Below, piece by piece: positions 28,710 to 36,471 of a DNA stretch of 64,000 nucleotides. The notes beneath the pieces are model-generated. The model did no database searches. It worked only from the letters and a program-made list of their open reading frames with translations, and was not told where the DNA came from. Source of the DNA: Firmicutes bacterium ADurb.Bin193. Its GTDB lineage: Bacteria > Bacillota > Clostridia > Monoglobales > Firm-18. The stretch lies in NCBI GenBank assembly GCA_002070105.1, contig MWCQ01000006.1, forward strand, positions 35,651 to 99,650, read 5' to 3'. Both the position numbers and the translations under genes were made by a program. Numbering within the stretch: position 1 is the first letter of the stretch; each line of letters starts with the position of its first letter.

Positions 28710-30029
28710 TCATTCTGTCGTAATAATCACCTGCTGTTTTGCGTCGTCCCAACCAACCTTTGCGCCCAAGCCTTCGGACACGGCGCGGACAGGGACGAGG
28801 GTACGGCTACTCACAAGCCGCGGCGGTACGTCGAGCGTGACGGTTTTGCCATTTACTGTTATTTGATTATTATCTATTTGCAAAGACATTTCTAAATCGC
28901 CTTTTTTCGCCGTTACCGTTTGCGTTTCACCGTTCCAGCCGACCTCCGCGCCAAAGGCTTCAAAGATAGCGCGGAACGGGACAAGAACACGGTCGTTTTC
29001 CATAATTGGCGGTTGGTCGAAAGCGAGGGTCTGACTGTTTAATATAACGGTGATATTGTCCGATGCATCGCTCTCCTCACCACCTTGCTCTGTGTTATTA
29101 CTGCTTGCGTTAAGGATATACGGGTCATTCTCTGTGCCGGAGCCTGTGATTGTTTCTATAGCTTCAGTGTCAAGGTAGAAAGCGGGGCGAATGCCGCGCT
29201 CGGCTGAAATGGCAGCATAAGCTGGAAAGGTTTCATATTTGTCTTTATCCCAAGCAGCTACCATGGATTCAAATATTGGTGTGCGCAGCAAAAATACTTG
29301 CGGCTCCCCGTCATTTTGCTCATTAGGTTTTGATTCATCTGTACGAACAGCGTTCACATTCCCAAGATTCTCCCACATCCTGTATAGTTGCAGTTCGTCA
29401 AGTAAAAACACCGTATCTTCCAGTTGATATGCCGCGCCGAAAAACACATTCGGAAATTCGGAAATATCCCAAAATATCATGGGCGTTGTTGGACTGTGCC
29501 CGCCTCCTCTGCCGGGGTCTTTAAAACAAATATATCCATCAGACAATCCGTTTTCAGATAATTCTACTTTCCCAGAAGGCGTCATAGTCCATTGATTTAC
29601 CGTTTTCATAAGGTCAAGCTCTGCCTGGGTAAAGTTGCCGCTTGACAAAAAACCGGCTTCGTTACGTCTACCATCCAGATTATTTGGCGTAGGCGTTTCC
29701 CCGACAGGCCATTCGATTTCACCAGCCGGCATTGTTGAGTTCAACCATATTCTGATATACGATGTTTCCCACAAGTTTGAAGACTTATATCCACTTTTAC
29801 TGTTGTCATCAAAGCTCTTATAAGTAATAACCTTGTCGCTCACAATCAACATCCCGTTATCATCGTCCGCCGCATACCTCCACAAAATCGGTGCACCTTT
29901 GTATTGCCCGATTATAAAATAATCGCCGATTGAAAACTGCTCCGAATCAGCAAAGATATTCATACAAAAGGCGGAACTGATTATACAAAAAGTCAAAGTA
30001 ATCGCCAATACTCTTTTTAAACTTAACAT
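28710..30029 (-). CDS. secreted protein: DUF6273-like N-terminal region plus tandem copper-amine-oxidase-N-terminal ('stalk') domains
   Basis: Signal peptide MLSLKRVLAITLTFCIISSAFCMNIFA. GDYFIIGQY...PILWR...SNLWETSYIRIWLNS resembles DUF6273. C-terminal repeats RVLVPFRAIFEAFGAEVGWN / RTLVPVRAVSEGLGAKVGWD. ATG at 30029 follows a GGAG RBS. Confidence 0.7.
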   Translation of the reverse strand: MLSLKRVLAITLTFCIISSAFCMNIFADSEQFSIGDYFIIGQYKGAPILWRYAADDDNGMLIVSDKVITYKSFDDNSKSGYKSSNLWETSYIRIWLNSTMPAGEIEWPVGETPTPNNLDGRRNEAGFLSSGNFTQAELDLMKTVNQWTMTPSGKVELSENGLSDGYICFKDPGRGGGHSPTTPMIFWDISEFPNVFFGAAYQLEDTVFLLDELQLYRMWENLGNVNAVRTDESKPNEQNDGEPQVFLLRTPIFESMVAAWDKDKYETFPAYAAISAERGIRPAFYLDTEAIETITGSGTENDPYILNASSNNTEQGGEESDASDNITVILNSQTLAFDQPPIMENDRVLVPFRAIFEAFGAEVGWNGETQTVTAKKGDLEMSLQIDNNQITVNGKTVTLDVPPRLVSSRTLVPVRAVSEGLGAKVGWDDAKQQVIITTE

Positions 30030-30217
30030 AATTTTACTCCTTTCGTTTTTTAAAAGGTTGAACCAAGAAAGCTGTTGACTGAAGGCTCCCAACCTTTGCC
30101 CAACAAACCCTTCGTGATATTGTATATCAACAGACCGTTATATGGTGCATTATGCCCATACTCAGAGCTTCCTTCTCCGTTTTCCGTCATTTTTGTATCA
30201 GTGAACCACAAAGAAAG

Positions 30218-30287
30218 GGAACCAAAGGGACGGTTCTTGCGGTTGGCAGCATCAAATGGAAACCGTAAGAACCGTCCCTCTGGTTCC
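30218..30287. repeat. repeat-A inverted doublet (REPIN-like hairpin)
   Basis: ggaaccaaagggacggttcttgcggtt (30218-30244), a 16-nt loop, then aaccgtaagaaccgtccctctggttcc (30261-30287). The 27-nt arms are complementary except for 2 positions. Confidence 0.85.
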
Positions 30288-30365
30288 TGCTAGTACACTA
30301 CTTGGGGGCTTTACGGGAGCTACATAGTTATACGTTCCTTTGTATTTTGGATCCGTCAGTGGCTG

Positions 30366-30393
30366 CAAGTGTCAATGGGACGGGGGTTTGACA
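30366..30393. repeat. repeat B, copy 1
   Basis: caagtgtcaatgggacgggggtttgaca; internal tgtcaa/ttgaca stem around a G-rich loop. Begins 2 nt after the stop of the transposase gene. Confidence 0.8.
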
Positions 30394-30394
30394 T

Positions 30395-31135
30395 TCAAGC
30401 CTTTAGAACAATTCCCCTATTTATACCCGTTAATCTCTCAATTTGCCTTATTGATAATCCATTTTCTTTTAATATTTTTATATATTTATCTCGTTTATAT
30501 AAATCCAGTGCTTGAAATTCGGAAGGATTTTTGCATTTACTTACTTTATAAATCATGCTTTTAGCAATTTCATCATTTATCCGGCGCACTTCTATAATTT
30601 CTAAACATTTATCATTATTTGTTTCATTATGAAATTTTATAAACTCATTAAGTGAAAGCATATTAAATACAAAATCAGTATCAATAATTTTTTTACCATT
30701 TGATTTTATATATTCATTATAACTGCTAAATTCATATTCATCAATAGTTTCTGTTATACTTGCTCTAATTGGATTTTGATGTATGTATCGCAAAACAGTT
30801 AGGAAATATCCGTCATCCTCAACCACTTCACTCTTATACCTATCTTGAAACAGTCCTCCTATTCTATCATATTTCCAGTTATACCAATATACATATTTTG
30901 CTCCGATTTTACGCATAAAATCGCTTAATTTATCACTTTTTACAAGTAAATGAATATGATTTTTCATTAAACAATAGCCATAGATACAGGTGCTCATATC
31001 ATCCTTATATATGGCTATTGTTTCTAAGAAAACATTGCAATCTTCTTCGTCTTCAAAAATGGTTTGGCGGTTTATTCCCCGCAGCATCACATGATATATT
31101 CCGCTTTCGCTTTTTTTCCTTGCCTGCCTAGGCAT
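30395..31135 (-). CDS. IS200/RAYT-like HUH tyrosine (Y1) transposase-family protein with C-terminal HTH domain
   Basis: YHVMLRG, HUH motif NHIHLLV, catalytic-Tyr region RYIHQNPIRA, C-terminal HTH LSIRQIERLTGINRGIVLKA. ATG (M4 of the track ORF) lies 5 nt after GAGGTGA. Confidence 0.8.
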   Translation of the reverse strand: MPRQARKKSESGIYHVMLRGINRQTIFEDEEDCNVFLETIAIYKDDMSTCIYGYCLMKNHIHLLVKSDKLSDFMRKIGAKYVYWYNWKYDRIGGLFQDRYKSEVVEDDGYFLTVLRYIHQNPIRASITETIDEYEFSSYNEYIKSNGKKIIDTDFVFNMLSLNEFIKFHNETNNDKCLEIIEVRRINDEIAKSMIYKVSKCKNPSEFQALDLYKRDKYIKILKENGLSIRQIERLTGINRGIVLKA

Positions 31136-31172
31136 TTCTATCACCTCAAAAGCATTTTATCATATCTTTTCA

Positions 31173-31205
31173 GGGTTGTCAAACCCCCGTCCCCTTGACA
31201 CTTGA
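31173..31205. repeat. repeat B, copy 2 (inverted relative to copy 1)
   Basis: gggttgtcaaacccccgtccccttgacacttga, identical over 33 nt to 32702-32734. Confidence 0.8.
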
Positions 31206-31219
31206 CATGCTCGCATAAC

Positions 31220-31744
31220 TCATATTATCTCTCCTGTATCCTTTAAAATAGTTATGGAAAACTCATCAGTAATTAACACAATTCTATCCTTTTCTACTTT
31301 ATAATCATTTATTACATTAGTAGAATGTTCCCACAATTTTACTCCATCTAAAGAAATACAAGTTAAGCCAAGTTCCTGAAGTACAATTATTCTATCTTTT
31401 CTTTCTAACGATATAAATTCGTAAAATAATGAATCGAACATAACTGTACAGCGTTTCAAGAAATTATAGATATCAATAATATGAACTTCTTTATTAACCC
31501 CTATGCATATATGCCTTTCATCAATTAATTTACATTCTGGTTGTAATCCATGTCCTTCCGAAATTACGCCTATCTCCAATATAGTTGACAAACCATTTTC
31601 CGCTTCAACTTTAAAAATATAAAAATCTCTTTCTACCTCGCTATTTTCTCCAAGAATCAAATTGTCAGAAGTTGAGCCTCTTAGCTTTTCCTTTAGTTCT
31701 GATTTACTGTCAACTATAATTTTAATAATGTTAATAAAACCCAC
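31220..31744 (-). CDS. hypothetical protein (174 aa), AT-rich, no recognisable motif
   Basis: Uninterrupted ORF lying between repeat A (31838-31863) and repeat B (31173-31205). No family recognised. Confidence 0.45.
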   Translation of the reverse strand: MGFINIIKIIVDSKSELKEKLRGSTSDNLILGENSEVERDFYIFKVEAENGLSTILEIGVISEGHGLQPECKLIDERHICIGVNKEVHIIDIYNFLKRCTVMFDSLFYEFISLERKDRIIVLQELGLTCISLDGVKLWEHSTNVINDYKVEKDRIVLITDEFSITILKDTGEII

Positions 31745-31837
31745 TATTTTCCACCCCCGAACATTTCTACAGTAATCAACTTATTTCCCTCCCAGACAGA
31801 TTGCATTTTTACAACTCCATTTGGTCCAGTAAGAGGA

Positions 31838-31863
31838 GAACCAAAGGGACGGTTCTTACGGTT
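31838..31863. repeat. repeat A, copy 3
   Basis: gaaccaaagggacggttcttacggtt, abutting the TAA stop of the transposase gene. Confidence 0.8.
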
Positions 31864-31864
31864 T

Positions 31865-32626
31865 TTATATTTTCAATATAATCACTCGGCTAATGCCTGT
31901 TAGTCGCGCCAGTTGCCTTGTAGAAATTCCTTTATCCTTTATTTTCTTTAAATATGAATCTCTTTTCTTTGTGTCGAGTTTTTGAAATTCTGTTGCACTT
32001 GTGCATTTAGAGACTTTCCGTATAATTTCTTTTGCTTCTTCATCCGTTAGTCTATAGCGCCCATCACAAATCTCCATGCACTTATCTTCATTTATTTCGT
32101 TCATATATTTTTTATATCTTTCAACTGCTATACTTTTTTCTCCACTAAAAATTCCAAGAGCAAATTCAGTATTGCATAATTTTTCCTTCTCAATATATTC
32201 ATTATAACTGCTCCACTTATACTTTGCAATATCTTTTTCAATCTTTGCTTTGACAGGATTTTGATGTATGTACCTTAGCACCGTTAAAAAATACTCATTA
32301 TCTTCAACCGCTTCACTTTTGTATCTATCTTGAAATAAATGCCCGCTTCTTTTATATTTCCAGTTATACCAATAAACATAACTGGCTCCTATTCTTCTAA
32401 ATATTAAACCTAAATCCTCTTTTCCCTCTTTTATCAGTAAATGAATATGATTACTCATTAAACAGTAAGCATATATTTCGAACCCACTTTTTTTCTTGTA
32501 TACCTCCAGCGTTTGCAAAAGCTTTGTAAAATCCTCATCATTTTCAAATATGTTTTGTCTGTTTATTCCTCTCAAAACTATATGATAGATTTTCGTGCTA
32601 CTCTTTCCTCTTGCTGTTCTTGGCAT
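31865..32626 (-). CDS. IS200/RAYT-like HUH tyrosine (Y1) transposase-family protein with C-terminal HTH domain (paralog of 30395..31135)
   Basis: YHIVLRG, NHIHLLI, RYIHQNPVKA, C-terminal ISTRQLARLTGISRVIILKI. Roughly half the residues are identical to the first copy by eye. ATG (M4) lies 8 nt after GAGGGGG. Confidence 0.8.
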   Translation of the reverse strand: MPRTARGKSSTKIYHIVLRGINRQNIFENDEDFTKLLQTLEVYKKKSGFEIYAYCLMSNHIHLLIKEGKEDLGLIFRRIGASYVYWYNWKYKRSGHLFQDRYKSEAVEDNEYFLTVLRYIHQNPVKAKIEKDIAKYKWSSYNEYIEKEKLCNTEFALGIFSGEKSIAVERYKKYMNEINEDKCMEICDGRYRLTDEEAKEIIRKVSKCTSATEFQKLDTKKRDSYLKKIKDKGISTRQLARLTGISRVIILKI

Positions 32627-32673
32627 AAAAAACACCCCCTCTGAATTATTCTATCATAAATCGGAGGGGTGTC

Positions 32674-32734
32674 AACCGCAAGAACCGTCCCTTTGGTTTT
32701 CGGGTTGTCAAACCCCCGTCCCCTTGACACTTGA
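32674..32734. repeat. repeat A copy 4 (32674-32698) immediately followed by repeat B copy 3 (32702-32734)
   Basis: aaccgcaagaaccgtccctttggtt, whose reverse complement is identical to 30220-30244. It is followed by gggttgtcaaacccccgtccccttgacacttga. Confidence 0.8.
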
Positions 32735-32886
32735 TTCCCTGGAGTAGTTGATACGCAAGAATATATTAAATATTCCAGCTGTAAATCCATAAGTATGTTG
32801 GGCTGATCTTGTGCCATTTTATTGGCTGCTTCATTTGATAGTTCTGCCCAATCTAAGAATTTTCCATTACCATCATATGTCGTCCA

Positions 32887-34191
32887 TTAAACAAGACCAT
32901 ATCCAGGGTTTTTCACGCCTACCTCCCATGCACCAGGATTAAAATGACTTTCATATTCAATATTCCCAAGCAAACCACAAATAGCTTCCTTAGTCCAACC
33001 TTTTTTAGACAAATAATCATAAATGTATTCAGCGTTTGCTACCTGCTCTTCAGGAGATAATCTGTTATTATCAGTTGATACCTTTGCATAAACCTCACTA
33101 TTACCCCTTCCCTTATCTTCCGAGCTTTCATTCAGCTCAAAAGTAAAGCTATCTGTTCCGTTATTATCAAAGCTGTATGTTTTTCCGCTTACCAGATTCG
33201 CAATATCCCAGATGCTGACATAAGTAGTGTCATTGCGCCAGTCGTTTTTAAATTTAAGCTTCAGTTGACCGATAATTTCTGATTCGTTTTCGGCATTGTA
33301 TACATTAAACGACATTTCATTGTTTTTTGCATTATCAAGCTGAGTAATGTTAGCACGAACCACCATATTAATGCATTTGTCGTGGTTATTGATATAAAAG
33401 ACAATATCTTTTGTGAAATCGTCATACGCTACAACCTCATCTTTGCTTCGTCCGCTTAATGCGCTCAATACCTCACGAAGTGGGAACCAGCCGTACTCTC
33501 CGTACCCTTTGTCCTTTGATAAATGATATGAAATAAAATCCGTAGCGTTTATGTATATAAATAGAATAGAATATTCCTCGTATGAACTGTTATGTATTGC
33601 GGTTTTTTGTTCAGGTGTTAAGCCGTTGTTTATTTGATCTTCCTTCCGGACGCTATTATCAGTCCATTCCACAAGCTGGAACGCTGTTTTGGCGGACGAC
33701 CCGATTACAGCGTCACTGCTCAGGAGACGGACGGCGGAGCTTTTATCGGGCACCCTTGCCTTTATAAGCTCCCTATGGACATAATCCGGAATTTTTGTGT
33801 CGCTGGTTTCATCAGCCTTTTCATTTTTCAGTACTGCCACGGCGTTTCCGTCAGCATCCAAAACGGTTATTAAGCAGTCGCAATTCGGATGAATCGGCGG
33901 CAGGTTGACGCCAATTTCTGCATCGGCAATAGAGAACACCTTTCCGCTTAGTAAGTTACAATCCTCACAGCTTTCTCCTTCTGCGAAATACAAATACCTA
34001 CTGCTACCCTTATCCTGATATTCCCATAATAGCATATATTGGTTAAGCTGTCTACTTTTTGATTCTATAAAGTTTTTTAAAGCACTGATTCTTTTGTCTA
34101 TAAGTGAGCCGATAGAATCTATTACAGATAAGGGGGAATCACCCCGTATAACAGAGTCTTTCAGTTCTTTCAAGACGGTATTTACTGTCAT
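32887..34191 (-). CDS. phage-derived protein: partial MuF/SPP1-gp7 head-morphogenesis motif, unknown central region, truncated tail-lysozyme-like C-terminus (probably decaying)
   Basis: CEDCNLLSGKVF...LPPIHPNCDCLI matches the MuF C-terminal signature. The C-terminus GWTKEAICGLLGNIEYESHFNPGAWE...GYGLV matches the phage tail lysozyme type. The ORF ends at an in-frame TAA where a conserved Q (GYGLVQWT) is expected. Confidence 0.6.
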   Translation of the reverse strand: MTVNTVLKELKDSVIRGDSPLSVIDSIGSLIDKRISALKNFIESKSRQLNQYMLLWEYQDKGSSRYLYFAEGESCEDCNLLSGKVFSIADAEIGVNLPPIHPNCDCLITVLDADGNAVAVLKNEKADETSDTKIPDYVHRELIKARVPDKSSAVRLLSSDAVIGSSAKTAFQLVEWTDNSVRKEDQINNGLTPEQKTAIHNSSYEEYSILFIYINATDFISYHLSKDKGYGEYGWFPLREVLSALSGRSKDEVVAYDDFTKDIVFYINNHDKCINMVVRANITQLDNAKNNEMSFNVYNAENESEIIGQLKLKFKNDWRNDTTYVSIWDIANLVSGKTYSFDNNGTDSFTFELNESSEDKGRGNSEVYAKVSTDNNRLSPEEQVANAEYIYDYLSKKGWTKEAICGLLGNIEYESHFNPGAWEVGVKNPGYGLV

Positions 34192-34209
34192 TTGCGGCAG
34201 AGATTCTTT

Positions 34210-34623
34210 TTATGTTTCAAAGATGCCTGAAAAATTTTGAGGGAACCTTTCCAATCCGAAAATTCGACTGTTTAACCGGATATTGCCGTAGAAACGGGAA
34301 AGGCGGTCTTTTATTTCTGCTTCCAATACATCATAACCGCTTATCCCGGTTTTGTTGATTAATTTACCTAAATGGCCGCCTTGGTGAAAATCAATGGTGT
34401 TTCTTTCCGAAGTATTAAGAGGTAGTTTTGCAAAATTAAAATTGTTCCCCACATTTTCGATTGGGATGTGTTTTGTGTAGAAAAACGATATGTCTTTTGA
34501 TATCCGCCACTTTAAAAAATTCACTTCCCTTGCTAAAATACTGTTGATATTTTCCACAAAAATACCGCCTTTCATATTTAATACTTTAAGTATAAATATA
34601 AAGGAATACATATTACAGAGCAC
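34210..34623 (-). CDS. hypothetical protein
   Basis: ORF only, with an uncertain start (ATG 34575 or GTG 34557). No family recognised. Confidence 0.35.
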   Translation of the reverse strand: MLCNMYSFIFILKVLNMKGGIFVENINSILAREVNFLKWRISKDISFFYTKHIPIENVGNNFNFAKLPLNTSERNTIDFHQGGHLGKLINKTGISGYDVLEAEIKDRLSRFYGNIRLNSRIFGLERFPQNFSGIFET

Positions 34624-34669
34624 AATTTAGGCAAAAACACCTTTATAGGCGCGCTATTCTAAAAAACAT

Positions 34670-34698
34670 AAACACCCGCCGATTGAAGGCGGGTGTTT
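34670..34698 (-). terminator. intrinsic terminator closing the rsmD-coaD operon; core/island boundary
   Basis: aaacacccgcc-gattgaa-ggcgggtgttt followed on the minus strand by tatgtttttt. Confidence 0.65.
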
Positions 34699-34733
34699 GA
34701 ATATGCTTTATAACAGCTTTTATAAGCTTTTTA

Positions 34734-35228
34734 TTATTCTTCTTCGGGGATAAAATCGTCTTTCTGGCTTGAAAGGCGCCTTTTGTCCTTCTCGTGCATC
34801 GCTGCTCTGTTTTCCCTCAGTGTCGCAAGGGTTTTTTCTATTATCTTTTCCATGTCGGCAAGGACATCGTCCGCATACTGGCGTGTTCCCTGCTTTATGT
34901 CCTTTGAGCGCTTGTTGGCGATTGATAAAATTTCTTCCGCCTGTTCCTTTGCCCTTTTGGTTATCTCGTTTTCATTAATCATAGAGATTATCTTGTTTTC
35001 CGCGGTTTTTATTATATCGTTTGCTTCCTTTTGAGCCTCCAAAAGAATACGCTGGCGCTCATCCTTTACCCATTTTGCCTGTTTCAAATCATCGGGAAGT
35101 TTAAGGCGAATTTCCTGAATAATATCAAGAAGCTCATCCTTATCAAGCAGGCACCTGCCCGCAAGTGGTATGTTAAGCCCTTTTTCTATGGCATCTTCCA
35201 AGGTGTCAATCAGTTCTAAAATTTCCAT
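34734..35228 (-). CDS. coiled-coil protein of unknown function (ATP-synthase-b-like helix)
   Basis: Charged heptad-like sequence (KQAKWVKDERQRILLEAQKEANDIIKTAENK...). Conserved position after coaD. Confidence 0.5.
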   Translation of the reverse strand: MEILELIDTLEDAIEKGLNIPLAGRCLLDKDELLDIIQEIRLKLPDDLKQAKWVKDERQRILLEAQKEANDIIKTAENKIISMINENEITKRAKEQAEEILSIANKRSKDIKQGTRQYADDVLADMEKIIEKTLATLRENRAAMHEKDKRRLSSQKDDFIPEEE

Positions 35229-35234
35229 ACCGGT

Positions 35235-35714
35235 TTACCTCCTCAATTTGTCGTATATGCTTGACTGAATTTCCTCCGGCACCATTCCGTCGAGCGCGCC
35301 GCCAAGAACAGCAATTTCTTTAACCAGGCTTGAGCTTAAATACATATTATGGGTGGATGCGGTCATAAACAAAGTTTCAACCTTAGGGTTCAGCTTTGTG
35401 TTAATGAGTGACATCTGAAACTCATACTCAAAATCCGACACCGCGCGAAGCCCCTTTATTATTACACTCGCACCGCACGCTTTTGTGTACTCCGCCAAAA
35501 GGCCCGAAAATGAGTCAATCTCGACATTCGGCAGCTTTTTTGTGACTATTCTTAGAAATTCCATCCTCTCGTCTACGGAAAATACCGGAGTTTTCCCCGA
35601 ATTCGACAAAACAGCTACAATCAGCTTGTCGAATATTTTTGACGAGCGAATTATTATATCAAGATGACCGTTTGTGCAGGGGTCAAAGCTTCCGGGGTAG
35701 ACGGCTGTAATCAT
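35235..35714 (-). CDS. coaD: phosphopantetheine adenylyltransferase
   Basis: [18 protein letters not shown] (T/HxGH) motif; 159 aa. Confidence 0.95.
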   Translation of the reverse strand: MITAVYPGSFDPCTNGHLDIIIRSSKIFDKLIVAVLSNSGKTPVFSVDERMEFLRIVTKKLPNVEIDSFSGLLAEYTKACGASVIIKGLRAVSDFEYEFQMSLINTKLNPKVETLFMTASTHNMYLSSSLVKEIAVLGGALDGMVPEEIQSSIYDKLRR

Positions 35715-36247
35715 TGCATCACCTTATTTTCAAAAACTGTTACTGCAGTTGTTCCGTATTTATAGCGACCCCGCAGGGAATATTGACAGGATATTTCTTC
35801 ACGGGCAGATGTTTCGCATATTATCAAGGCGCCCTCATTCAAAATCCCATACTGTGAAATAAGCCTTATCGAAGCGTCGCAAAGACCTTTTTTATAAGGC
35901 GGGTCAAGAAAAACAAGGTCATATCTGCGCTTGCAACGGGCAAGATAATCCGCATAATCTTCGGTGTATACCGAACAATTTTCAAAGCGTGTTTTTTGAA
36001 GGTTTTTTATTATGAAGGAGGCTGTGAACTTATCCTTTTCAACAAAATCACACCAATTCGCGCCCCGGCTTAACGCTTCGATTCCAAGCGCCCCGCTTCC
36101 GGCAAACAGGTCCAAAACCATACTTTCGGACACATAACCCTGTATGACCGAAAAAATCGATTCCTTTACTCTGTCGGTCGTTGGGCGGGTTTTAGTCCCC
36201 TCAGGGGACAAAAGCCTGTGGCCCTTTGCCATTCCGGTTATTACCCT
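35711..36247 (-). CDS. rsmD: 16S rRNA (guanine966-N2)-methyltransferase RsmD
   Basis: [12 protein letters not shown]..., [18 protein letters not shown] (SAM site), FLDPPY. TTG start at 36247, 7 nt after AAGGAG; the track ORF is longer. Confidence 0.85.
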   Translation of the reverse strand, partial: RVITGMAKGHRLLSPEGTKTRPTTDRVKESIFSVIQGYVSESMVLDLFAGSGALGIEALSRGANWCDFVEKDKFTASFIIKNLQKTRFENCSVYTEDYADYLARCKRRYDLVFLDPPYKKGLCDASIRLISQYGILNEGALIICETSAREEISCQYSLRGRYKYGTTAVTVFENKVMQ

Positions 36248-36363
36248 CAAAGGCTCTTCTCCTTTTATATTTAATAGCATATATCGTATAAAAATCTGTT
36301 CACACAAACAAAGCAAGCACAAAAAACGAAAGCAGTTGTCAAAACATGCGTATTTTATCTTAT

Positions 36364-36391
36364 ATTTTACCCTATTCTACATATTTGTCAA
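36364..36391 (-). promoter_or_regulatory. putative sigma-A promoter for rsmD-coaD
   Basis: Minus strand TTGACA, 16 nt, TAAAAT. Confidence 0.45.
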
Positions 36392-36471
36392 TAGAAATGC
36401 CAATAATATTAAAACCTATTTCCCCAAAATTCTTCTTGTTTTCTGCCGCCGGCTTTATCGGCGGCGTTTTT

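Larger units (their letters stand above)
30366..31205 (-). mobile_element. RAYT-like unit 1: HUH/Y1 transposase gene bracketed by inverted copies of repeat B
   Basis: Repeat B at 30366-30393 and, inverted, at 31173-31205 (1 mismatch in the 28-nt core). The gene lies between them. Confidence 0.55.
31838..32698 (-). mobile_element. RAYT-like unit 2: HUH/Y1 transposase gene bracketed by inverted copies of repeat A
   Basis: Repeat A at 31838-31863 and, inverted, at 32674-32698, enclosing the second paralog. Confidence 0.55.

Noticed and set aside
30050-30564. Small ORFs around the repeat doublet: 30075..30293 (+), 30340..30564 (+), and an unlisted 46-aa minus ORF 30050..30190
   Set aside because: The plus-strand ORFs read through repeats or run antisense to the transposase gene. 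The 46-aa minus ORF (MTENGEGSSEYGHNAPYNGLL...) might be a leftover of the disrupted phage gene, but I could not link it to any domain, so it is not called.
30218-32734. Possibility that the A/B repeats are a CRISPR array
   Set aside because: The copies are in inverted as well as direct orientation, number only a few, are separated by whole genes rather than ~30-nt spacers, and come in two different sequence families.
32578-32817. 79-aa minus-strand ORF spanning repeats B/A and the start of paralog 2
   Set aside because: It is a composite. Its first part is the post-stop continuation of the decayed lysozyme-domain gene, and the rest reads through repeats B and A and the paralog-2 promoter into the 5' end of the paralog-2 CDS in another frame. 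It is not an independent gene.
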